A DNA stretch of 64,000 bases. Origin: a virus (taxonomy: Duplodnaviria > Caudoviricetes). A program made the position numbers and the translations under genes. The stretch spans positions 64,001 to 128,000 of the IMG/VR virus record IMGVR_UViG_3300028048_000047; one strand, given 5' to 3'. This document shows positions 43,411 to 54,735 of the stretch, piece by piece (positions within the stretch are counted from its first letter, which is position 1; each line of letters opens with the position of its first letter). The notes under the pieces are model-generated. The model had not been told where the DNA came from, did not search any database, and was given only the letters and a program-made list of their open reading frames with translations.

Positions 43411-44101
43411 ATTGATGATTAATGATGGTGTTTTGTATGAATTTAAGGAATGTAAAACGGTTTAATGTAGCATATGAAGTGGGTAAAGGGTTATCAGAAG
43501 AAGAATTAGTTAAAAAATTAGAAAGTGAAATGATTCCTATTAAAATAGTTGATAATTTTGATGAGATGCTTCCATTATATATCTGTAATAAAGATGTAGG
43601 TAGATTATATGTAAATTATATGAATAACACCATTCCAATAAAAAATATAGATAAAATTGAAAAAGAATTGGAATATATTAAAACAAGATTGTTGAAATTG
43701 GAAGATATATATTATCTTATGAAAAATGAAGTTAATTATGAAACCTTCAAAGAAGAAATGTTCATAAAAGGATGTAATGATACATTTAATCAAACAATCC
43801 ACGGTATGTTTAATGATATTGAGAATATTGTAAGTATTCTTCATGAAGGAGAAAATATTGATAAAAAGGAGGTTTAATTTATGAGTTTTGAAGAAACGCA
43901 CCCATTAAAAAGTATTGATGTTGAAATTAAGCAATTACGGAAATTTTATGAAGATTTTGTTATTTTTGATGGAATATGTCCACATAGGTATGATGATTTT
44001 AAAGAATTAAGGGATAGTTTAGATATTCTTAGGAGTGAATTTTCTGTTTTGTGGAGTCAAATTTTAATAGATAATGAAAATTTAGAAGAAGAGTTGGTGG
44101 A

Positions 44102-44326
44102 TTGATGTATTTGGTTTTTAGGTGTGATTGTGGTAGGGTGTTATATGCACATGAAGGAAATAAAACAAGGAAGTGTAGTAAATGTAATAAAACATTGAAG
44201 GTAAGTAATCGTAGAATTCTTGCGAAAAGTGATAATATTGATGAAGTAAGGTTGTATATTCAAAAATTACAGAATGAGATATATCATAATACTGGTTTTA
44301 TAAAAGCAAGTGAATTAAAAAAATAG
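44102..44326 (+). CDS. DUF1922-like zinc-ribbon protein (Methanobacteriales type)
   Basis: YLVFRCDCGR.LY…TRKC.KC.K.LKV. Confidence 0.75.
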   Translation: MMYLVFRCDCGRVLYAHEGNKTRKCSKCNKTLKVSNRRILAKSDNIDEVRLYIQKLQNEIYHNTGFIKASELKK

Positions 44327-44679
44327 TAGTTTATGTGGTTGTAATTGGTTTATGAGTTATGGTGATAATTATGGAGGTTATAGGAATATTTGTAATAGGT
44401 TTACTTTCATTTTTTTGTGGGATGTACATAGCAAAAGGTTTGGATAATAATCATAGAGAATTGTTTCAGGCATATATGGATGAACAATTGAAATTAAGTA
44501 TGGAGAAGCAACAAGTTTTTGATGCGTATAATCAATTGTTACTGAGTATGGAGAATAGTGATTTAATTGAAGATTGGATAGTGGATTGTAGGGGATATAA
44601 AATAGGAGTTATTTTTAAGAAAAGGTAAATTTGAGTAATTTTTATGATGTTATATTATATTTTTCAATTATATAATAAA

Positions 44680-44720
44680 TTTAAAACGAAAGATTTAAAT
44701 ATTATTATATACTAATTATT
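44680..44720 (+). promoter_or_regulatory. Archaeal promoter (TTTAAAACGAAA class)
   Basis: tttaaaacgaaagaTTTAAATA…tactaat. Confidence 0.65.
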
Positions 44721-44750
44721 ATATATAACATAGAGGAGTGGGTAATTAAA

Positions 44751-45707
44751 ATGACAAACACAGGAATACTAAACTTAAACAAAAGATTAAATAAAAATAT
44801 TAAAAAAGGATACAGGTATGAATATAAATACATACAAAACCACAATAAACGAACTTTATCAAGTGTTAATTTAGAAAAATTAATAAATGAAATAATAAAA
44901 CAAAAATTACCTTATGAAATAGTAGATGAAGAATTATATGAACAAACACTAAAACAAGAACAAGAAGATAATAAAAAATATGATATTCCATCATTCAAAA
45001 AACAAAAAAATAATACTGGAATAAAATATGTTATAAAAATTAAATGTGATGCTTGTAACAAAAAGTATCGTTATCTATATTCATATCATGGTATAAGAAT
45101 GAGTGGTATACTACTTGAAGACTTAAAAACTAAAATATTATCACAAAGATTACCTTATGAAATAGTAGATGAAGAATTATATGAACAAACACTAAAACAA
45201 GAACAAGAAGATAATAAAAAATATCATCCAAGAAAACCAACAAATACAGGAGTACAACATTTATCCAAAACAAAAACGAAAAAAACAAAAAAACAATATA
45301 AATATGTTTATATATACATCAATGATGAAGGAATAAAGAAAACTATAAATAGTGTTAATATCCATGAAGTTCACGATAAAATAATTAAAAAAGGATTACC
45401 TTGGAATATAATAAACAAAGAGTTATATGAACAAACACTAAAACAAGAACAAGAAGATAACAGTTCAATATCTAAAAGAATATTCCAAACAAACACAGGA
45501 ATACAATATATGTCCAAACATAAAAACAAACAATATAAAAAAGGATACAACTTTGTATATAAATACACAGATGAAAATAATAAAAAAAGAACATTAACCA
45601 GTATAAATTTAAAACAATTAAAAGAAAAAGTTCTATCAAAAAATATGGAATGGAATGTAATAAATCAAGAATTATACAATAAAATATTAAATGAGGAAGG
45701 GATTTAA
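44751..45707 (+). CDS. Protein of four tandem ~80-aa basic repeats (putative DNA-binding)
   Basis: TGI…K.Y.Y.Y…S.NL..L…LP(Y/W)…ELY x4. Confidence 0.75.
   Translation: MTNTGILNLNKRLNKNIKKGYRYEYKYIQNHNKRTLSSVNLEKLINEIIKQKLPYEIVDEELYEQTLKQEQEDNKKYDIPSFKKQKNNTGIKYVIKIKCDACNKKYRYLYSYHGIRMSGILLEDLKTKILSQRLPYEIVDEELYEQTLKQEQEDNKKYHPRKPTNTGVQHLSKTKTKKTKKQYKYVYIYINDEGIKKTINSVNIHEVHDKIIKKGLPWNIINKELYEQTLKQEQEDNSSISKRIFQTNTGIQYMSKHKNKQYKKGYNFVYKYTDENNKKRTLTSINLKQLKEKVLSKNMEWNVINQELYNKILNEEGI
44906..45224 (+). repeat. 76-bp exact direct repeat (44906-44981 and 45149-45224); partial third copy at 45423-45460
   Basis: attaccttatgaaatagtag…aaaaaatat. Confidence 0.9.
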
Positions 45708-45965
45708 TTGCCAACTGTGTATAAAAAACTTGAACAAGATGATGAAATAAAAATTTTAAGAAATCTTAATATACTCACATGGACAGGATATTCAACTGAA
45801 AGAAAAATAATAGTATCAATTAAAAACAATGAGGATAACAGAAGACATCAATTAATAGAATATAAATTCACTAACAGATATCAATATAAACAGTTTAGGG
45901 ATAAACTTAAAAAAATAGTAAATTAATAAACAAATTTTTAAAAAAATTGACGATTAATTGAATTA

Positions 45966-46253
45966 ATGAATGGGGATAATAAAATGACTTGTGGGGAATG
46001 TAACTTCTCAGAGATAGATATGGACTCATTAAAAATAATATGTGAAAAAACAATGAAAGAAGTAGATTTAAATAAAAAGAAATGTGAAAACTTTAATTTA
46101 AGAGAAGATTTGTTAAAGGAAAGAGCTTGTTGTGGAGTATGTGAATATATGTTAATGGACGAATTTTGTGTATTTCATGATACATATACCATTCACACAA
46201 AATTATGTGATGATTTTGAGGCTTGTGAAGAATACATAAAAGGACAAATTTAA
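45966..46253 (+). CDS. Protein of two tandem 4-Cys modules
   Basis: CGEC…C…C and CGVC…C…C. Confidence 0.65.
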   Translation: MNGDNKMTCGECNFSEIDMDSLKIICEKTMKEVDLNKKKCENFNLREDLLKERACCGVCEYMLMDEFCVFHDTYTIHTKLCDDFEACEEYIKGQI

Positions 46254-46272
46254 ATAAAATGGAGGAGTTAAT

Positions 46273-47217
46273 ATTTTTAAAAAAATTGGATTATATAATC
46301 TTGAACCAAAAATTAATAATAGTGCAATGATGCAAGTAAGTTATTATCATAAAAAGCAAATGGATAAAGTAGAATTATATAATTCAAAGAAACATGATTC
46401 ATATGATAAGATATATGCGTTTAGTTTATTTGATTTTACTCCAAAAGATAAAGTAACTGATGATATGATATGTGGGGGTACTGGTTTTGATGTAAAATCA
46501 AGATTACCTACGGAGATAGAAGAATGTGATTTAGATTATAGCATATGTCCACAATGTGATTATAGTATAATATGGTTCAGTAGAGGTTGTATTAGAAATT
46601 GTCCGTTTTGTGTTGTTCGTGAAAAAGAAGGGAAAATACATCCAGTAAAACCAAAAAATTTAAATCCAAAAGGAAAATATGTTAAAGTTATGGACAATAA
46701 TTTTTTTGCAAATCCAAAATGGCGAGAAGCCGTGGATATGTTAAGAGTAAATAATTATAAAGTGGATATGCAAGGATTTGATATAAGAATATTTAATGAA
46801 GAACAAGGAGAAGCATTGACAAAATTAAAACATTACAAACAATTCAAATTTGCTTGGGATAATCCAAAAGATGACATTGATGATAAAATAGAATTATTAT
46901 TGAATTATATGAAACCATATAAATTAATGTGTTATATTTTAATTGGTTTTTGGAGTAATCCTGATGAAGATTTGTATCGTGTGGAACATTTAAAGGAAGA
47001 ATATAAAATACAACCATATGTAATGCCTTATAATCCTTTGGACGAATATCAAAGACAATTCAGGAATTATGTGAATAATAAAAAAGTATTTCATAAAGTA
47101 TCTTGGAAAGAATATTTACAGTATCATAAAGATTTGTATACAAAAAGGTTGAAAGGAGTGAATGATGTGATGGAATATTTAAAAAATAATAAATCATCTC
47201 AAAAAAAATTAATATAA
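46273..47217 (+). CDS. Radical SAM protein (probable ATT start upstream of 46327)
   Basis: SRGCIRNCPFC, DNNF; frame open from 46258; GGAGG at 46261. Confidence 0.85.
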   Translation: MFKKIGLYNLEPKINNSAMMQVSYYHKKQMDKVELYNSKKHDSYDKIYAFSLFDFTPKDKVTDDMICGGTGFDVKSRLPTEIEECDLDYSICPQCDYSIIWFSRGCIRNCPFCVVREKEGKIHPVKPKNLNPKGKYVKVMDNNFFANPKWREAVDMLRVNNYKVDMQGFDIRIFNEEQGEALTKLKHYKQFKFAWDNPKDDIDDKIELLLNYMKPYKLMCYILIGFWSNPDEDLYRVEHLKEEYKIQPYVMPYNPLDEYQRQFRNYVNNKKVFHKVSWKEYLQYHKDLYTKRLKGVNDVMEYLKNNKSSQKKLI

Positions 47218-48167
47218 AAGTCCATGTGGTTTTTATATTTTTAGGAGAAGTGATATTTTTGATTAAAGGACAAACTTTACATGATTATCATAATCATGTG
47301 CTTAAAATAATAATGAGAGTTATAAATAGAGAAGAAATGTTAAAGAATGAGTCAGAACAAATTATCAGTTTTTTAAAAGAGTGTGATTTAGTTAAACATG
47401 ATGTGGAATTATTATATGAACTTCGTCAAATGATAATTGATGATTGGGAAAATAGTAATTATAGTAAAGTAAGAAAATAAAAGATAATATTTTTGAATGG
47501 AGGTTTTTTTTATGAAATTATATATATTAACTGATGAATATGATGTGATAAGGGGAATTACAACAAGTCGAAAACATAAAGAAAGAATTGAAGAAGAATA
47601 CACAAGATTATGGGAATTAGAAGAGGAATATGGTTATGAAAATAGGTGTAGTAATTTAACTTGTGATACTTATAATTTAGGAGAATAATTATGTCCATTT
47701 TTCATAAGGATTATGGTGGACGAACCAACACGGATATTTGAAATTATTAATGAAGATTCTGATGAATTGGATTTTATAGTTAAGTATAATGATTTGATAA
47801 TTAAAAAAATTGGTCGAGGAAAATTAAGAGAATTTAGTTATATGTATAATAAGTAACTTAGCAAAAGGAAGGATTTGAAAAATATGAAAGTTAAAGAAAC
47901 AGTACAAAAACAAGATTACCCATCAAGAGAACAATCGTTAAATTCATGCGAAACGATGCTAAATTATATTATAAATAACAACTTATTTATTGAACAAATT
48001 GATTTCATATATAAAATATTAATATATGCCCAACTATTTAATCAAGAACAATATAGTAAAAGATTATATGAAAAATTCAATAAGAATATTGAAATGCCTT
48101 TTTACAAATTTATAATAGAAGAAAAAATGAGGAAGGAATTCCAACAATTTCTACGAGATTTTAAAAG

Positions 48168-48614
48168 GTGATAAAAATGATTAAGAACAGATTCCAAAAT
48201 AGTGATATGTGGATTCAAGATAGGAGTTGGAGTGGTGGAACATATTTTCTTGATGAACCAAGTGATGTCACTGCTTTATGTACATTATTAAATAGATTGG
48301 ACAATAAGATTATTCAATTGGAAGAACAAACAAATAAACTTGAAGAAGATTTGGATTATTATAAAAGTAGAATGATAAAGGGTGAACGATTTTTTATTAA
48401 TAACAGACAGATATGTGATAGTATGGGGTTCATTGAACCAATTCAAATTAATTCAACATATCATGGGGTTCAAGTTAAAAACTTATTAAACAAAAACTGG
48501 GAACAATTTAATGAACAAAAATGTTTAATACAAAGATTAAGTAATCAAAACAAAAAATTACTTAAAATTAATAAAGAGCTAAATAGGAGAATTGGAGAAG
48601 TTAAACATGGATAA
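48168..48614 (+). CDS. RF…LLNxL family protein (two domains)
   Basis: KNRF…LLNRL; GERF…LLNK. Confidence 0.65.
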   Translation: MIKMIKNRFQNSDMWIQDRSWSGGTYFLDEPSDVTALCTLLNRLDNKIIQLEEQTNKLEEDLDYYKSRMIKGERFFINNRQICDSMGFIEPIQINSTYHGVQVKNLLNKNWEQFNEQKCLIQRLSNQNKKLLKINKELNRRIGEVKHG

Positions 48615-49001
48615 AAAACATTGTGTACTTTGTGGGGGAAAAATTGGATTTCATTATTATACACTACCATTTGGATTTATTTGTTATGACTGTGGAAAAA
48701 AAATAATTGAACATTTACAAGTTGTGATTGAAAATGAATAAAAAAAAGGAGAGATGTGAATTAATTGAAGGAGGGTGGATAGGTGATGAAAAAGAACAAC
48801 ACTTTTCAATAATCTTTTATGACATTCACAAAAACCGTAAACATTTTTTTAGTTTTAAAGGAATAGGAAAATATAGTAAACATAATGAAAAAGAGTTACA
48901 TAACTTAACTGAATTAATTAATAAAGTATTAGCTGAAAATGAACAGTTAAAAAATGAAAGAGATATTGAAAATGGAATGAGAAATCTTTGAGTGGAATTG
49001 T

Positions 49002-49271
49002 ATGAGTAAAAAAAGATTTAGAACGGGTAACGGAATTTTTAAAGGAGATTATTTTTCAGAAGCAATAATTGATGAAAAAACTGGTGAAAGATATTATGAT
49101 GGAATAAAACCAAATTATGTGAGTTCAAAAGAAGTGTGTGAGTTATTAAATAATTATGAAAATAATTTAAATAACAAATATTTTAATATTGAAAATAGAA
49201 TCTCTAAAATGGAAGAGAAACTACAAGAAATAGAGTATTATTTTAAAAAATATCAAAAAGATATAAACTGA
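49002..49271 (+). CDS. MTEKRF family protein
   Basis: MSKKRF…VCELLN. Confidence 0.7.
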   Translation: MSKKRFRTGNGIFKGDYFSEAIIDEKTGERYYDGIKPNYVSSKEVCELLNNYENNLNNKYFNIENRISKMEEKLQEIEYYFKKYQKDIN

Positions 49272-49507
49272 AATTTGTTTTAATTGTTTAAATGGGAACA
49301 AAAAGGAAGGTGATTAAACATGATTGAAAATAGAGGATACCCTAAAACTACTGGGTATCTTAAAAAATCACATCATAAAAGTTTACAATCTGAAATTATT
49401 GATGGTAAGTGGATAAATAATAAAATAGAAGAATTACGAAGATTAGGATATTCTGATGAATATATTAATCAAGAATTAGGACATTTAGTTAATTGGAGGA
49501 TTTAAAA

Positions 49508-49816
49508 ATGAGTGAAAATAAACGATTTATAGGTTCAAGTGGAGGGGTCTATGACCAATATAAAAGTGATAGATTTGCTTGGTCTGAATGGGAAGAAATT
49601 ATTCAAATAATGAATAATTTAAATGAAAAAGCAATAGAAAGAAGTAAAGCATTATCTAAACTACAAAAAGTGAATGAAAAGTTAAAATCAAGGAATGGTA
49701 ATCTATTAGAAACATTAGCATTCCGTAGTAATCAGTTAGTATTATTAGAAGAATTAATTGATGATTTAGGTAGTGAAGAGATGGTAAAGCAGATGGGGGA
49801 GATTTTGAATGGGTGA
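49508..49816 (+). CDS. MTEKRF family protein
   Basis: MSENKRF…IMNNL…NEKLK. Confidence 0.7.
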   Translation: MSENKRFIGSSGGVYDQYKSDRFAWSEWEEIIQIMNNLNEKAIERSKALSKLQKVNEKLKSRNGNLLETLAFRSNQLVLLEELIDDLGSEEMVKQMGEILNG

Positions 49817-49968
49817 AACACAATTAAAAAAGTTTAGAGTTGAAAAAAGTAGTAGAATAAATGCTTTTTGCGTTACAAATGATAGGTATTCAGTAGTATT
49901 ATTAAAAGAGAATGAAGCGGGTGCTGTTTGTAACATGCTAAATAGAATGATAAAGGAGTTGGAATGAA

Positions 49969-50265
49969 ATGAATTCAAAGAGATATAAAGTGTACTCAGA
50001 TAGTTATAGTGCTGATATTGTTGATGAGATTACAGGTAATAATTATAATCAAATAACTGATATTGAAGATATATGTGATTTGTTAAACAACCAATATGAA
50101 CTGATTGAAAGAGTAAAAAAAGTAATGAAAGAGCATTATAATAACTCAAAAAAGGATTATGAACGAGCAGTTAAAGGAGGTATGCCATCATCAATATTAT
50201 ATGATGAAATGAGTCAAATTGAAGATATTATGAATGAAATTGGATTAGAATTAATTGGGGAATGA
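49969..50265 (+). CDS. MTEKRF family protein
   Basis: MNSKRY…ICDLLN. Confidence 0.7.
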   Translation: MNSKRYKVYSDSYSADIVDEITGNNYNQITDIEDICDLLNNQYELIERVKKVMKEHYNNSKKDYERAVKGGMPSSILYDEMSQIEDIMNEIGLELIGE

Positions 50266-50345
50266 TAAAAATAGTAAATTTTATATTTCTCCAAAGATTT
50301 ATCATAAAATTTGATGATAAAATAAAAAAGATGGAGTGAATTGAA

Positions 50346-50708
50346 ATGAGTATAAAGCGATTTGAGAATAGATTAGATAAATCTAATATTAAATTTAATA
50401 CACAAAATCCTGTATGGGATAATGAGAAAAAAGATGCTTTGAATGTGTTTAAAATGATTGATTTATTGAATGAATTATATGATGTGAATAAAAAGTTGGA
50501 AAATGATTTAACTGATTGTAAGAAGCTTAAAGGGAAGAGATTGAATAAAATTAGAAATCATCGTGCAGTTATTGAGGATTTAGGAGGTGCAATCCGAACA
50601 TATAAAGGACAAATTTCTCAGTTGAATGAAAAAATTGATAAAATAAAAGGAGTAATAGATGATGATGGTGTTTTAACGAAAAGGGAATTAAATGATATTT
50701 TGCGTTGA
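50346..50708 (+). CDS. MTEKRF family protein
   Basis: MSIKRF…WDNE…DLLNEL. Confidence 0.7.
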   Translation: MSIKRFENRLDKSNIKFNTQNPVWDNEKKDALNVFKMIDLLNELYDVNKKLENDLTDCKKLKGKRLNKIRNHRAVIEDLGGAIRTYKGQISQLNEKIDKIKGVIDDDGVLTKRELNDILR

Positions 50709-50740
50709 TTTGTTTATTCTTCAAAAAATATGATATTGGT

Positions 50741-50768
50741 TAGTAAAGTTTATATAGTATCATAGATA
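50741..50768 (+). promoter_or_regulatory. Archaeal promoter
   Basis: tagtaaagTTTATATAgtatcatagata. Confidence 0.65.
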
Positions 50769-50791
50769 ATACATTATTATGAGGTGAATAC

Positions 50792-51103
50792 ATGGTATCT
50801 AAAAAAAGATTTAAGATGGAAACAATTGGAAATACAATGTTACCATTTATTGTTGATATTACTACTGCAAAAATGAAATCAAATACAATAACTACTTATC
50901 ATACATATGAAACACATAGAAAAGAAAAATGTTTAGAATTAGTTGATTTGTTAAATGAGCAACATGAAACAATCCAAAAATTAGAAGAATATTCGCAAAG
51001 GATAAATGAAACACTTCAATCATTTTCAAAAAGAGATTTAACAGATATTGAAAGAATATTTTTAAATAATCTTTGTAAGGAAATAGGTGTTGATTTAGAA
51101 TGA
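50792..51103 (+). CDS. MTEKRF family protein
   Basis: MVSKKRF…VDLLNE. Confidence 0.7.
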   Translation: MVSKKRFKMETIGNTMLPFIVDITTAKMKSNTITTYHTYETHRKEKCLELVDLLNEQHETIQKLEEYSQRINETLQSFSKRDLTDIERIFLNNLCKEIGVDLE

Positions 51104-51319
51104 CTAAAAAACAACAGAATAAATTAAAAATATATTTAATATGGGAACGCCACAATGGTGTTGAGCGAAGGTTGAAAACTGGTTATATGGATAAGAAGTC
51201 TGCTTATAAGAAAGTAGAAGTCTGGAATAATCGGGAGAAGAAAGAAGATTGTGGGCATAGGTATTATGTTCGTGAATTTGAAGTGTATAAGAATTAATTA
51301 AAAAATGGAGGAGTAGTAA

Positions 51320-51604
51320 ATGACTGAAAAAAGAATGGTGGATTGTTTGAGATATACTGGTGGGGCAAAATGTCATTTTACTGGTGAATTTTGTAATGAT
51401 GAGTATGCACAAACTTGTGAAGATTATAAGTCAGAAGATGGATTGTATGAGTGTCCCTATTGTAATTTGAAAGGATTAAAATTATTAGATTATGGGTCTG
51501 ATAATGTATGGGAATGCTTACGGTGTGGGGCAGAATTATGGTTTTGTGAAAGTGTCGGTGAGATGCAACAAAGATGTAGGGAAATTAGAGAAAAGAGAGA
51601 GTGA
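51320..51604 (+). CDS. MTEKR-start Cys-rich/zinc-ribbon protein
   Basis: CPYC…CLRC. Confidence 0.65.
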   Translation: MTEKRMVDCLRYTGGAKCHFTGEFCNDEYAQTCEDYKSEDGLYECPYCNLKGLKLLDYGSDNVWECLRCGAELWFCESVGEMQQRCREIREKRE

Positions 51605-51751
51605 ATTCTTATGGGAGGATAAGAAAATTTAAGATGGGGGTGATGGATGTTATTGGTTTTATTGTATTTGTATTAGTAGTAGTGTTCTTGCTTTTGATGG
51701 TGTTTGTGTTGGTAAGGGATATGTTCTTCCAGTAAAAAAATAAATATATGA

Positions 51752-52051
51752 ATGGTGGTGTTATTAATGGATTTATTGTTTGATATGTTGAATAAACGGC
51801 AAGAGTTTGTTCAATCAAAAATAGAATATCTTAATAGTATTAATGATTTTTATAATAATACTATTAAGGACTTGAAATTGCATTTTAGGGGTAATAGATT
51901 ATATTTGACTTTTAATTCTTGGGAAGAGATACCATCTACTATGACTATGGATTTTTGTAATGAGTTTGGTTATCTTGCACCGACTTGTATTTATAATGAT
52001 GCTTATGGATTGATAATTAGAACTTATAAATTTATTAAGATATTAAATTAA
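51752..52051 (+). CDS. FC(D/E/N)xF family protein
   Basis: DFCNEFGY…TYKF. Confidence 0.6.
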   Translation: MVVLLMDLLFDMLNKRQEFVQSKIEYLNSINDFYNNTIKDLKLHFRGNRLYLTFNSWEEIPSTMTMDFCNEFGYLAPTCIYNDAYGLIIRTYKFIKILN

Positions 52052-53047
52052 AAATAAATATTGTGGTGGTGATGTGATGTTGGAATTTCCACATAAATTA
52101 AATATTAATAATAAAGGTATAGTTAAACGGTATAATACTGTTGAGAAAGGTGAGTCTAATTGGTGGTGGGTTTGGTATGATGGTGATTATCTACCTACAT
52201 CAACTGTTGTTCATAAATTAAATGATTTAACTGATGAGAATATTAAGTTACAAGCAGAGAATGAAGTGTTAAAATCAAGAATAAAAGAATTGACTTCACA
52301 GTTAACTGAAACTGGAAAAAGGGAGTAACTGATAAAAATGAATGGTCGGAGTTATAATAAGTTTATGATAATTTTATTGTTATTACTAATTATAGGTCGG
52401 ATAATATTATCTTATTTCAATATTAATTGGGTGAGAACTGTTAGTGCTTATGATTTTATAATAATTGTAATATTATTTTTTAACTGTGGTGTGTATTTTT
52501 CAATGGATTTCATCGATTAAGTAAAAAAAAGAATGGGTGAAAGAAAATAATGAATGGTGGTGAAAAAATTGGTTAATTCTATTGATGTTCCAGTTCTTAA
52601 AGTTGATAATATACCTGAAGAAGCATTAGATGAGATATATGAATTTCATGAAAAAATTAATAAAAAATATGAAGGTTATCGTATAGATAATGATTTAAAA
52701 ATGCAGTTAAATCAAGATGTTATTTTATTTAACCGTAAGATACAAGTAAAATATGATGATTGGCTTAAACCTACTGTGAAATTAATTGGAAATCTTGCGT
52801 ATCATAATGTAGAATGGGTATTGTCTGATGTATTACATGAGCATGAAAAATATTGTAATGAAAAACACGAAATAAAAAAACAATATACTCGAATTGAAGT
52901 TAATAATATGTTATTTGATTTACAGATAATTGATAGAATTCGTAATTATTCTTGTGTTGCATTACCTTATAGTTGTACAGAAGAATATAATAATAAGATA
53001 TTTCCACATGATGAAAACATAGAAGTGGAATGTAGATATTAATAAAA

Positions 53048-53551
53048 ATGATGGGGGTTTTGAATTTGTTTGAAAATAAAAGATTTATTGGTAAGTATGA
53101 ATGGCCTGAAACAAAAGAGAATATGTTAATGGGGTTATGTCCTATGAATTATCATAATATATCAGATAATGATTGGAGTTTTGGAGATGCAGAAAAATTA
53201 CATGCACAAGGTTATCATGAAGAAGCTAAACAAGTAAATGAAATACTTGGAGATAGATTAATTAAATGGACAAAAGCCCATGAAGAAGAGTTTGAATTAT
53301 ACTATACATATGACACAATAATAATTCAGACAGAAAATATTTTAGAATGGAATGAAGAATTACATGATGAACTATGTGATGAGTTCAATGTAATATTATT
53401 GGAACACAATAAATTGAAAACATACCAACATGATAATTTTAAATTGAAATACAGTTATATTTACATAGCATGGATAGATACTAATCGTATTCATGAACTT
53501 GAAAAAACCAAGAAGAAGTATAATCTTAACTGGAATGAAATTAAATTTTAA
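53048..53551 (+). CDS. Hypothetical protein (KRF start, LCDEF motif)
   Basis: ENKRF; ELCDEFNV…YSYIY. Confidence 0.6.
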   Translation: MMGVLNLFENKRFIGKYEWPETKENMLMGLCPMNYHNISDNDWSFGDAEKLHAQGYHEEAKQVNEILGDRLIKWTKAHEEEFELYYTYDTIIIQTENILEWNEELHDELCDEFNVILLEHNKLKTYQHDNFKLKYSYIYIAWIDTNRIHELEKTKKKYNLNWNEIKF

Positions 53552-54735
53552 AGGATGGATGGTATTATAGACAATAAAGGATTTAAGTTAAAATTATGCT
53601 TAAATAAATTAATGAAAGAGAATGAAGAGTTAAAAAAAAGAAATGATAATTTAACTGTGGAAATTAATGAGTTAAAAAATCAAGTTATTAAATTATATGA
53701 ATTCTTAACTTCAAATGGTTATGAAAATGATGAGTTTAATGTTTGGTTTATAAATGAAAAAATTAATAGATATATTCATGATAATACTATTGAAGTTGAT
53801 GAATTACCATTATATGGTAATGAAATGTTAATTTATCAATTACCTAACAAATTACAATATATCTATTTTAAAAAAAAATGGGAATGTATTGGTGAATTGG
53901 AAGATTAAATGATATTAATGAAAAAGGAGTAGTGATGGAAATGAGTATTAATAATTTTTGGGGTGACCATGTAAGTGGAAGAATTATAGAATTAACAGAT
54001 ATTATTTGGGAAGATAATTCTGAAATATGTATTCGTGAATTACCTTTACAAGAAAATGGTAAATATGGGTCACCCCAATTATTATTATCAGAAAAACCAT
54101 CTGATGACTGTTTAGAGAAACTTCGTGAAATGTATCGTATACGATTTTTTAAAAATGATGATGTTAATGATGATTATAAATATTTAATGACTGTGGAAAC
54201 TTTACGATTTAGTTTTGAAGAAGATTGGCATTGGAATGGTGTAAGAAACGATAAGATACAATCATTATCCAAAGAAATATTGAATAATCAATGGGATTTT
54301 GATGGGTATTTTTATATTACTGATGAATTAAATAGTTATCGTAAACTTGCAGTAATACCATTTAAACAAAGTACTGACCTTGATAGTGGATTTAATTTAG
54401 AGAGAAGTCAAGCATTAACATTAGTTAAAAATATTGTGAAAAAATTGAATGATGGGGAATTTATAGTATAAAAAAACAGTTGGACTGTATTAAGGATAGT
54501 ATAAAAAAAATATGGGACGATAAAATGATTGGTGAGTTAATAAGTTTATTAATATTTTGTGTTACATTTGTGCTTACATTCTCATTATTAAGTCATATAG
54601 AGCATTTAATGTGGAAGGATTGGTTTTACGGGAAAAATAGTTGGTGGAACATACTCTATAAAAATAGATAATAAAAAAATGGTACGGGACAGATATTGGA
54701 AGCATTTTTAAGGCATTTGATAAGGAAGTGGAAGA

